A DNA stretch of 55,286 nt from Trichoplax sp. H2. Taxonomy: Eukaryota. Location of the stretch: contig NOWV01000307.1 of NCBI GenBank assembly GCA_003344405.1, forward strand, positions 1 to 55,286, written 5' to 3'. The notes under the pieces are model-generated. The model worked only from the letters and a program-made list of their open reading frames with translations. It was not told the DNA's origin and ran no database searches. The translations under genes were made by a program, and so were the position numbers. This document shows, piece after piece, positions 1-12,700 of the stretch (position 1 is the stretch's first letter; the number at the start of each line of letters is the position of its first letter).

Positions 1-180
1 ATTGAATTCTTTCCTAAAAGTTTTATTTCATTATTGAAATGTATGCTTCTTAAAATTATTACTTTACAGCAGAGGTAACTAGATTTAGATCGATTTATAT
101 GCACTTCTACGGTCTAACATGATATTACGGCTTTAGATCAATATATTATCGTTGCAGTATTTCCAATCGGTAATTTATGA

Positions 181-1479
181 GTAATAATGGACCTAAAAAC
201 CATTAATAACTAACAACTTTTGAATTTCAACTCAAATTGGGTTTATGAATATCATAAGTTTATTAGAATTTGTAGCAACAATCTAATCACAACTATTTTA
301 AAGATTAGCAAAATGGCAGAACTACTGCTTTTGCTAACCAAACTATCAACTTAAACGAGATTACTTACGAATCTAAGAGCAACTTATTCCTAAATCTTCT
401 TACTTTACAATAACTTCACTAAAGTTGAATTGCTGAAGCGCTACACTTATTTAATTGCTACGCAGAGCAGTTGGTGTTAGGTAGTACCATAATACTAACT
501 TATCACTATAAAGTATTCCAAATAAGACTTGTAATCAATCGCATATGATAAATCAATTATTCTATAGATTCTCGAATATTAATAAATTAATAATCGTAAT
601 TTAACTACAAATAGCATCTTTCTACAGTAAATGGTATGTAGCTGTAATAAAACACTAAGACAGGCCAATAATTATAATCTAAATTAGAATCCAGACCAAA
701 ACTTCGTAGCTCACACTGTATTCTACCACAACGTAACATAATTTTGTCACAAAACAGCTTTGCAATAAGATAATGTAATGTACGATCAATAAGTTAATTG
801 CTTGAACCTCGTATCAAGAAACGATATCTGCACTACCAGGAACACTTTTGCTCTACTAGCAGACTACTCAAAGACTTAGACGCCTCGTATTCTACGTCAA
901 ACACTAAGTTTAAGAATTAACTTTATTACACGATATACTGCATTTATACACTCTTTCTCAATAGTTCATGAATCATAGTTAGTACGATTATCTTTGGAAT
1001 CATTCACTGAATATAACTATTAATTTCAGTATATGTATATATATCACTGTCATAAAAGTCAGTGCTACATTAAAACATAATATATCCAATTAAAAGTTAA
1101 TTAAACTAGGATAGGCTAGCAAAATTATCCTAACATAGATATTTCTACTCCAAGACAGTATATAACACTGTCACAAATTTAAATGGTATTTTTTACGATA
1201 ATCGAAACTAGCTGCCAGTTTTATCGAATTGCAGCATGATTAGTATACTTACTTAATATGTCGGTTAATTTACGAACTTACATAGTGTAATTCATAACAA
1301 AATTATGCTACCTAATGTTATTAAATTCTAATCGGAATAAAATAGTCGAGTTTACTATCTACCAGGGTATTAAGTAAAATCTAATATAATTAAACCCAAT
1401 TCGGTTATTTTTGAAGCTGCAATACTTATTTAAATACAAAAAATTGAAGGAAAATTCTAAAAATTAAGCTTCCTTGCAC
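181..1479 (-). mobile_element. ~1.3 kb intronic insertion in TRPA copy 1, made of inverted copies of nearby sequence
   Basis: Absent from the homologous intron of copy 2 (14692-15016) and flanked by ATGA at 177-180 and 1480-1483. Positions ~740-1175 are a close reverse complement of 7815-7980 plus 8180-8455; ~380-520 more weakly match the reverse complement of ~4510-4630. Confidence 0.6.
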
Positions 1480-1535
1480 ATGACAGTTAGCATACTTTTA
1501 TAATTTCTTATTCTTTGGATGAATTTCTTTTGTAG

Positions 1536-3887
1536 GGCATATAGTATCGGGATTTATATCTCAATGCTATTTACAACATTAAAAACGATCCTTAAAGTAT
1601 CTTTAACTATGGCACTTTTTCTTCTGGCTTTTTCTGTTGCATTCTACATGTTATTAACCGATATGGTAATAATCTTAGTTACACCATAGAGGATAATAAG
1701 AATATACATTGGCATAATATGACTATAAATCCACTAATATGATGTTTCATATCTTCATCGCTTGTAGCCTATGTTTTCGAGTGTAGAATATGGCATATTT
1801 CGTATCATGACCATGGTTGCTGGAGATATCAGCTATAGCGAAATATTTGACCATCTATATTCTAATCAAAGGAAGCAAGGGTTGTGGGTGGTATTTATAG
1901 TCTTGACCGGTGTTGTTATCTTCATTAACGTGGCTTTCGCTAATCTGCTGGTAAATTCTTTTATTTGACACACTAATTTAAGTTTTTAAGTAAATTATTA
2001 CATAATCTATTATATGTAAAGAATTCCATAGCTGATATAAATTTTAAATATTTAACTGTATAAAACGAGACTACTTAATTATAAGAGGTTACTTGGCTTA
2101 ATATAACCCAGCCAATGTCAATACTAAATTATGAAATTCTATCACAGTATTTAAATTCTTTACGATATTGAATTTCGATACGAAAGTAGTCATTTTATCT
2201 AAAGATACGCATATTTAATCAATGCCAACTTTGCAATTGCCAACATTGAAAGAGCTAAATAAACTAAAGAAATTTACAGGGATACAGGATAGGAGGATAA
2301 AATTTTACAATTGGGAAAATTTTCCTATCTAGATATTTGTAAATATTTACTCCATAGCATACACCCTGGTTAAATTAACTGAATCTCTTTTGTTTGGTAT
2401 AAAATTTTTTAAAGAAAAAAATTTCTGTATGTCTGTTTGCACAAAAATTATAAAAATTACCCGTCCACTCTGTGTATAGCGATTGAGGCATTAAGTATCT
2501 CCTCTTCGTGGAGCAAGTTAGTTACTACCAACGTATTGCAAAATTAAGTTACAGTTTTTGTAGATTATTGTACTATTTCTTGTCACAGTAATCTACTGCG
2601 TGTTTTTTGGACCGACGGACTTTTACTCTAATTTTAAGCAAATAAATGATATGATGAATCTATCGACAGCTTCGCTGTTGGCGTCGATACAAATACATTT
2701 TGCTGTTATTGTAATTTATAAGTTTATATATTATTTTATATTAGTAGTTGCATTACTTATGCAAAACTGATACTGTACGCCATGTTAATAGTCAAGCTTG
2801 ATTGTTTTCTTTATAATTCTGAATCTAATATTATCAAAGTATACAAAGTTAGCGATTGTTATTTCATGGAAGAAATACCGAAACTTAAATCAGGGACTGT
2901 TAATACTGTAAATCATAACAAGCTTACTTGAGTATTTTTTTATTTTGCAATTTAAATGTTATGAAATCTAAATTCAAATCGATGTAAATTTCTTAAAGTT
3001 GAGAGACTTGCAGTAATAGTATAAGTTTACTGCCCGGAATTGAGGTTGTCACTAACGTTACGGAACCTGTAATTATAGTGTATATTATCTATGACTTGAT
3101 AATGCATTGGATTAATGGATTTAATTTGATTATATTTAGGTAGGTCTAGCTGTCGGAGATATAGCTAAAATTAGAAAAAGTGCAGATTTGGCGCTCATTA
3201 AACTTGATCTTGAAGCCATAATCGATTTACAAAATTATCGCTTCCCAGCATGGATACAAAGGCGATTATACAAGCCATCTCTCGTTATCCAGATTGATAA
3301 GGATTCAGGATACTTTAAACGGGTATCCCTCTTTAATAAAATAACTATGTGTTAATTTAATCCTTTTACAATTTATATTTACTTTATACAGAAAATTCAG
3401 TAAGTTTTTAAGCGTGATTGTATTTGTATTATTTTCGAACGTATTGATTGCAATAGAGGGAATGGTCTCAACTAACGACCAAGTTAAAGCTTTATCTTCC
3501 TAACTATAAACACGTCGATGGCGATACTAATTCAGGTTCTATGCAGCATGAAGTTACTAGACAGCAGTTAGAGTGAGTTTTAGCATTTAACTTTATGAAA
3601 CAATCTATTATTACTTATTTCTAATTTAATAGACGTTGATTGAAATTTTTAACGAATCATTATATGATTCATCATATACAATAGCATAAATTTCTCTTAT
3701 CAGTATTGCCTTGCAAATTATTTTGACTTTTAGTCTGCAAGATTTACGACACCAAGTTCAAGAGATTAAGTCCGATATATCCAATAAATATGACTTACTA
3801 CTGACTGCTAAGTCAGACATATCCAATAAATTTGCCTTACTTGACATTAAAATAAATAAACTGCTTGCTGCTCATGAAATACAGTAA
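1536..3887 (+). CDS. TRPA1-like channel, copy 1 (3' part only; upstream exons lie before the window)
   Basis: GT-AG exons 1536-1665, 1768-1950, 3140-3322, 3457-3572, 3734-3887 splice in frame. They give the S4-S5 linker/S5 (AYSIGIYISMLF), pore (RIMTMVAGDISY; human TRPA1 has SMMLGDINY), the S6/TRP-like signature NLLVGLAVGDIAKIRK (TRPA1 has NLLIGLAVGDIAEVQK) and a C-terminal coiled coil. Stop TAA at 3885-3887. Confidence 0.88.
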
Positions 3888-6740
3888 TGATTAACATTAG
3901 CTATCTAGTTAGGTATAAATAAATTTTATTAAAAGCAAATAAAATCTGCACTAATCGACCATTCAAGCATTAAGTGTAGCATCTTAAACACTTATAAATC
4001 TTTTACGTGTGCATTTATTTATATAAACCCTATTTCATGTGTAATCAAGATTAATTTCAGAGTTCTTTTTTAAAATTTAAATTGCAATAAATTTTATAGA
4101 TTTTTAAAATGAACCAGTTTGGCTTAATCACAATACATTTTAATTAATATCAAAGTATCGTATATTGTGAACTCAGCTACTTTACTTGGGATAAAAGTTA
4201 GAAATATTAGGTAGCATAAATTTGTTAAGAATTATGCGATGTAAAATCCTAATTTAATTAAGCGTTGTATTTTACTTGCTTTAATATTCATGCTTTAGTT
4301 ATTACAGAGCTGATAGCTAATTTAATGATAAATAAATGTTCTGATCTGGGTTCTAATTTAAGGTTGTTGTTCTATCTTAGCAAATTTTTATGGTTCTATT
4401 CTGCATACCTTAGAAAGAAACAATTTGTAGTTAGATTATGATTATTATTGATTTAGTAATTTCGGGAACCTAGGATAAACTTTATCTTATTATATATGAC
4501 TGCTAGTTCAATTTAGATTACTCTAGAACGATAAGTTGATAATTTGGTACTATCAACAGCTCCGCGTAGCATATTGAGGAAGTATAGCTCAGCAGTTTTA
4601 GCGCAGTAAAGTAAGAAGGTATAGGTTAGAATATTCCTAAAATTGTGACTAAACTCAATTTTTGATGATTTGATTGGTTAAGGTATTAGATCTACCCTTT
4701 TATAACTCTTTTAAGTGATTCTTAAGATTATTGTTAGCAATTAAAAGTAACCGACTATTTTGAAAATCTACACTTAACTTAAATTGCAATTCAATCTAGT
4801 TAATTATAATAATTTTTTGTCTATTGTTACTCGTAATACTATAAATAGTGTCTTCTCAAAAATAATCATATCTTGCTAATCTAGTAGTAAGGTCAGTTCT
4901 AAATTTGCTGTCGAGCCATTTATTCATAATTCTGGCTTATATTAATTAAAGTATCACAATACAAATCTTAATGTAATAACGTATTTAGCGCGAACTGTAT
5001 CTCGAAATCTTTATATAAATCTCTCAATATAGGCACTTAGATAATCTACAATCTACCATATAAGCTTGACTAGAAATTCTCGTTATAATTTTACAATCGT
5101 AATCTTGAATTAAATTGGGACTGTACTACAAATTCTTTCTATAATTTAGCAGTTTGCTCCATAATGAATACATCATTTAATATTATATATTTTAGTACTT
5201 TTAATAGGCCAGCGCTGCCATTTCGATTATGGACTACATTCAGAAACTTAATTTATATTAAAATGTATGTTACATTCTAATCTGCGAGCTTATGCTATAA
5301 TCAGATATGACTTCGTAAAGACAGTCATTATAATTAAAGTACTGTATAAAATCTACGTTTTCGTGAATGAAATTTATGGTCAATCTATTATAAGATTTTA
5401 TTTATACTTTTAATATATAATTTTAAAAGCCTTTAAGTAACTCTTCGGATTATAATTTGATGATTTAGTTTGGGATAAAATACATATCGATTTCGGAACG
5501 TTTGAAATCAGTTGATTAATTTCTAGTATTTAAATTTGAAGTTGTAAACATGCTTATACTGTAGACAGCGATTAATAAAAGCAGGCCTGCACTGTTTCTA
5601 AATCGTTTTATTACAGATATTTTATTCAAAATAACCTATAAAATACTAATACTTTTGCACTTTTCTGTTAATTAAAATATAATTTTAATCAATTTAAACG
5701 GTAATTGCGGACTCTATTTTAGATTAACATTTCGATAGTAACTCAGCGTATGCAGTTATATTGGAACTAAATTAAGGTACTGCTTTTTTTATGAAGAGCT
5801 GCTAGGAGCCAACAATTTATCTTTCGTGCGAGTGTCAATGCTATATGGTGCCTTACCGAAGTAATTCAATTAGTATCGGCTGGATAATGTTAACGATGGA
5901 ATAACCTTTCATGACATAGCTCTGACTTGTATAGTATAATTCAATAAGAAATCATGACCTTTCCGTCACCATATGAATACAATAGGCTAATTATAAGGTT
6001 ACTATTATTCAAGTATATTTGTTGACTCCATGTTTTATTCACAAATAATTACTAATTCTATAGCTAATTTAAATTAGATGCCCATTATTAATGCAGTCAG
6101 TAATGATTGACTGCCATGTTATCCTAATTACCGCAGCCATCTTAATAGTTTTCTTGACCAATTGCTGTTCAGTAGGATTAATAAAAATTGATCATGGCTT
6201 ATAAAGCGGTGTTGGAAAGCTACACTAGACGTCTATAATTAATATTTAATAATCTATAGTATAGTTGTAGCATAAAGAAAGGAAAAATTTTCGACATATT
6301 GCAAATAATTGATGAATATAAAATTGATTCTATTAGTCGTTGGAAATAATCCCCCTGTCGTAAAGCATTTGAAAAACTGGATTGCAATAAGTCAAGAAGT
6401 TCTCGGTAATTATTATTCGCTTAAGACTTAAAGTTTTTCACTTAGAGATAAATTACATAATATTTTTATGTAATAGTAGCTTTATAACAGTTGATCATTC
6501 TATCGGAAACTATTAAATTAGATAGATGTTACGGCAACTTTGAATACCATTAAACAAAGCTAGCTAACCATTAATCAGCTTTCTGTTTACTACTATAAAG
6601 GATCGAAAAAATTTAATTTTCTTTCTTTGAATTAGCAGAAGGCTAGTTTAAGATGGCTGCTGTTTGAGAAAAATACTGATATTATAACGTTTAATATCGG
6701 AAAATAATTGTTAACAAGATCGTGGAGATACAAATTTAGC

Positions 6741-9700
6741 ATGGATTCTAGCAATATCGATGAAGTAGAACATGAAAATGACTCTAATGTCAATAATATA
6801 GTAGAGTTGGTTGTACCTAAGCAAATAACGCCACTTGCTTCGGCAATCTTAACCGAAAAGAAAACTGATCATGTCAAACCGTTAAGTAAAGGTAACATCA
6901 ACATTACTTATACAGGTAGCTGCACTAAAAGTTCACGATTATACTCGAACTGGACAAAAAAGCGATCAAGGAAAAAGAGTGGAATTCATGATATTCAAGA
7001 TACGCTAGGCAAAATTGTAGGTGTTGGATTAGCTACGGTGGTCGGCAAGAGCTTTCGAGATATCTACGAGGTCTACAGGATAATATCTTACTATTACATT
7101 TATCTATTTTTCTATCTGAATAACTCATATTCGTAATCAATACTCGTACGTTCATTTTAGTCTTAATTAACGGGAATAATAGATCAAAATGAAAAAATAA
7201 TCTCAAATCAATTGCGATTTACGTACCATCTTAAATGAAAGTCAATTGTTCAGTAGGCAATCAAAATCAGTTTTAATAAGTTAAGTTGCTCTAATACATT
7301 CTATTTACTACTATTACAAGTAGAGTTAATACATAATATCCTGAAGTCAATTTCAGTTTTATTCGTCCAGCAAGAGCTATCATACAGAGTCATAATAGAT
7401 TGAAGTTATCCTGATACTTTTCTTTGTTTCAATGTAGAAAATTTATCCTCTATCTTTCCATATTAAACAATAATTAGATTAGAAGGCAAAGTGTAGTACT
7501 TTATAATAGCTTTCAGTCGCAATCGAAATTTCATCAGTATTCACAAGGCTTTATCGTTGACTATTTTTCCATATAGTATCTTAATGGTGAATAGTAAATG
7601 TTTTAATCTCGAACTGGAACATACAGGTTCCTTTAAATATTCTTGATTAGAATTCGCGATTTTATAATATATTATCTTTACTATAAGAAGCCTGCAATAT
7701 TTAATAGTTTTGGATCACACACCAAAGTACTACTAACGTCTACAATCGCCAGCTATAACGGACTATAAATTACTATAACTATATGATGAAGGCCTTAAGA
7801 TTTGACAAAGGAATGTGTAACAGTGTTATATACTGTATTAGAGTAGAAATATCTATGTTAGGATAATTCTGCTAGCCTATCCTAATTTAGTTAACTTCTA
7901 ATTTGGATATACTGTGCTTTAATATAGCATTGACTTTTTATGACAGTGACACATGTACACATACTGAAATTAATAGTTATACTAGGGAACGCAAATCATC
8001 TACCTACAGTTCGAATCATTGCGATTGTAACTTACTTATGATAGATTGTAAATTATCGTGGAAATAAATATTCCGTGATAGGACATATCGTAATCTGACT
8101 ATTATGTATTAGTCATCAGATATCTATATTCATAAATACTGTTGTCTGCATTAAGGGAACAGTAGCTATAATTAATATCTAATTCAGTAAACAATTCCAA
8201 AGTTAATCGTACTAACTATTACTCATGAACTATTGAGGAATAGTATATAAATGCAGTATATCGTGTAATAAAGAGGATTCTCAAACTTAGTGTTTAACGT
8301 AAAATACGAGGCGACTAAGTCTTTGTGTAGTTTGCTAGCAGAGCAAAAGTGTTTCTGATAGTGCAGATATCGTTCCTTGATACGTGGTTCAAGGAATGGA
8401 CTTATTGATCGTACATTACGTTATCTTGTTGTAAAGCTGTTTTGTGACAGAGTGTTATTCCACAGTTTTGATCTACCCACATAGAAATTCTGATGCAATA
8501 TTTTACGATAAAATATTGTACTATGGAAAAGATAGCTAGATGAATTATCTCTTCTTCTTAATATAAAATGCTTAGTGTAAATAAATATTATAATTAAATT
8601 AAACGTAAGTCTTCTATTAGTATAATATCTCTCTTTTTGACTTTGATTTAGGTTGCTCGACTTGGTCTTGTTCAGGAGCTCATTGAACTACTTGAAATTT
8701 CTTACTATCGTGATAGAATCAATTATCAAGATAAGGAAAATTGGACTTTGATGCATTATGCAGCTCAATATAATCATGTGTCAGTTATTCAGACACTTCT
8801 TCAATACGGAGCAGGTAAAATATTTAATTTGACAGAGAAAGGAATAAATCTACTTTCAGTTTAGTTGTTTATTGCACTAGATTTGCTAGTAATAGAAGAA
8901 GAAACTTCCTTGTTACATGTCATAACTTTAAAATACAAAATTAGTAAAATTGTAGACTTATTTCTTTTCTTATGTAGACATTAATTGTAAAGGAGGTCGC
9001 GATTCTTCCAGTCCTTTGCATTTAGCAGCACAATATGATGCAGTTAATGCCACAGCAACGCTTTTACAGTATAATGCCATTATTGATATTGAAGATGGAA
9101 ATAAAAGTACTCCATTACATCGATCTTGTCAACAAGATCATCCTAAAGTTATTAAAGTAGGTTCGGCATTGACAAGATGGAAGTAAGGTTACGTTAAGTA
9201 AATCAGTATATAGCGTTATTTACAAATATCTTGTGAAATATGCCATTCAGCGTAATAGATAAGTTAGAAAATGTCGAGTGGAAACAATTGACTAATTAGA
9301 GGGCAAATAATGTATTTACTTAAAGTAGAGTATCGTTGAGGTTATATATTTATGTGTAAGCACGTTTTGCAACCGATACCATCAAAATTGACTCGTTATA
9401 ATATACTGTATGAGACTCTTAACTTCGATATAACTCGTAGAATTGTAAAATTGGTTTAGAAGTATTAAAATCTGGAAATATCGTTATCCACTTATCCGTA
9501 ACTCTAGGACGAATAAATGTATTTAACACCTATTCAGGCGTTATTTAGTACCTTTAAAAATATTCCGTATAGATGTACAATTCGGCTATATGCTATATAA
9601 AAATCTCTCATTGTGTCATTGTACCGTAGTAGTTTGCGATAAAAATATATATTTTCTTAATTCATAGTTAATTCTGATGGAAGCACAGCGACAAAGTAAA

Positions 9701-12700
9701 GCAAAATTTATAGTTAATTATCCCGATTTTGAAAAAACGACTCCATTACACAGAATAGCGTTTTACGGGAGTCGAAATTCTTGTCAAATCCTGGTTAGTA
9801 GATATTACTTGGTGTGATTGTAATAATGAATAATTTATTAAATTTTGTTACAAATTTAAACTATGAATTTATGATATCGTGTTGATGATGAAGAATTTAT
9901 AATACTGATTTCCTCCAATAATTTAGATAGAGTATGGTGCTGATATTCACTTAGAAGATATCTCTGGTAAAACAGCAATTCATATCGCGGCTCTATTTAA
10001 AAATATTGAAGTTGCTCAACTCCTAATGGAATATGGTAGTGCCTCATAGAACTTAATTATCGACTTCATCCTATGTATCATAAATTACTATTCTTTATGA
10101 ACTATTTCATGCACTATATAGCGAAGGCTGGTTAATACTGTATGAATTATAAACTTATATTTGGGCTCGTTTCGAGTTATTATTAGTATCATAATGTGAA
10201 TTCCAAATTTTATTATAATTAATCTTACTGTAGTGGAGAAATCAGGACAACAGAATCTTATGAAAGAGCTGGATAATAATGGCTTCACTCCGTTTCATAT
10301 AGCTGTGTCTTCAGGATGCATAGAGGTAATAACTTGATAATCTTTAATTTTCTACATTAAGTATAAATTAATAATAGAGATTAAAACTATAGTTAAGTAC
10401 CTTATCTGTGTAAATCACTAATAATATCTAACATTTGATTCTTTCTTATAAATTTTTTAAAATAGCTAACGGACTTATTCTTTAATAACAACACTTTTGT
10501 TGAAGAGCAAACGGTTAGTCCATGGTTGCTAATTATTTAAAAATTTTATTTGAATGATATAGATTGTGTACCGTACTATTACTTGTTATTTAATATTCAT
10601 ATTATATTAGATATAAAATTGATCACTAAGATAAATAATGCAACCTTAATAAATCGCATTTAAGATATTTTGAAGTTAACATTATCTATAAAGAACAAAG
10701 CATTTGAAATCAAACTACTCAAACTAACTTATAAATCGATAATAGGAGGTCAAATATCTCAGTTGATTGATATATTCATATTAGTTCCATCATGCTATCG
10801 TTAACTGAATTTACGCATTTTATGTTGTTGTTTTAGAGCCAGATGCTAACTCCTATCCATATAGCTGCCAAAAACGGATTTTGCGATATAGCTGAATTAC
10901 TTATTAAACATCACTGTAACGTCAATGCTACGGATAATTTAGGAAAGACAGCTCTACACCATGCAGCAACTAGCAATGATAGTAAAATGATAGAAATCAT
11001 TCTAGAAAATGTAAGTTTACATACACGGTAAAAAAATCAAAAATACTTTCTTGATCAGATACTTAGGGATAATATTCGTATCTTACTCGATATTCTGATG
11101 TGATATTTATTATTTATTAAATATTCTTTGTAAGAGCGGAGAACTTGAAGCAGTTGATAAAAATGAGATGACCCCGCTGCTGCTCGCGGCCTATCGTGGT
11201 CGTAAGAAATCTGTAAAGTGTTTGTTAGATCATTATGCGAACATCTTAGCTCAGGATCTTTGCGGTAGAACAGCTATGCATTTGGTTGCACATCAACAAA
11301 ATACGGCTATCTTAAAGTTAATTATGGAGGTAATGGTAAAAATTTCAGCTAGAACATATCATTCTGTACTGATTACAATTATCTATTGCGTTGGTTTAGA
11401 GTAACGGTGAACAGTTAATCCATCTTCCTGACAAGAATGGCGTAACACCTCTCTTTATTGCAGCAGAGCAGGGTTCCGTTGCAGTACGTAAATGATTTAT
11501 CATTATAACATATTGACAATAAATCGCTATTTCGATAATATTTTACGATATATGATACCTGATGTTAAAGATGTAGATAGAATTCGTTTTAATTAAAGTT
11601 ACTGTTGTAGATTCACATTTATATAGCATGTTACAGGTGCTGTAATCGCTATAAATAAATAAATGATACTATATAAATATTATTTTGATAGTGAATTAGC
11701 ATATTCCGAAGCTATCTCACGAAGATTTATCTTAGGTGGGAATTTTATTCTTACATAAAGCTTGGATATTCTACTATTTCTCTAGACACTTAAAGAATTA
11801 TGGGCAAAATCTCCGAAAGCTGATGTTCAAGATCAGTATAAAAATACAATACTCCATGTTGCGGCTAAGAATAACCATCGCGATACGGTTTGGTATATAC
11901 TAAAATGTATAAGCCAAGATATTAACGCTAGAAATAATTTCGGCCAAAGACCAATCCATTTGGCCGCTAAATATGGCCATTATAGGATTATCGTTTTATT
12001 AAGTGATGCAGGATCAGAACTTAACGATAGGTATGCATTTAGATACTTCTACATTTATTATAGTCTGGAGAATGATGGTTTTAGAACGTCAATATTGTAT
12101 GTTTAGAATGAATTTCGGATGTAATAAGATATGTCGCTGTTATTCGTCTCAATGTGCTACAATAGTTCAATGTTAATGAAATCTATCATGCTAAATTCAG
12201 TTAAATATCAGATACACTAGCTGTAGCTATTGGTTGTTTATTTTTTTCACTGTAGTATTTTCTTTCGTCTAAAAATGGTAGGGATAGTTTTTCTCATTCG
12301 CCCCTACATTACTGTGTGCAAGGCGGCCATTTAGCTTCGGCCAAGTTACTACTTGAAAAAGAAGTCGAAATTAACATTACAGACAAGAACGGTGTAAGCT
12401 GGTGTTTATTTTGTCAGCTTTAGTAAGATACTCACGTTGTCTAATAATGATTTATCATCATAACGTAATAATTTTCCTTTTACTGTCTATATAAAAAAAT
12501 TGTATCAGAATACTCCTTTACATTTGGCTTGTTCTTACGGTTATCCTGATCTTGCGAAACTTCTTCTTGAACATGGAGCCGATCCTACGTTAACTAATTG
12601 TTATGGACAAAATTGCCTTGATGTATCTATTGATAGCGATCAAGTAGAGATTAGTTCTATAATAATTAAAAGTAAATCGTAAGTATGAAAGTTAATGTAG

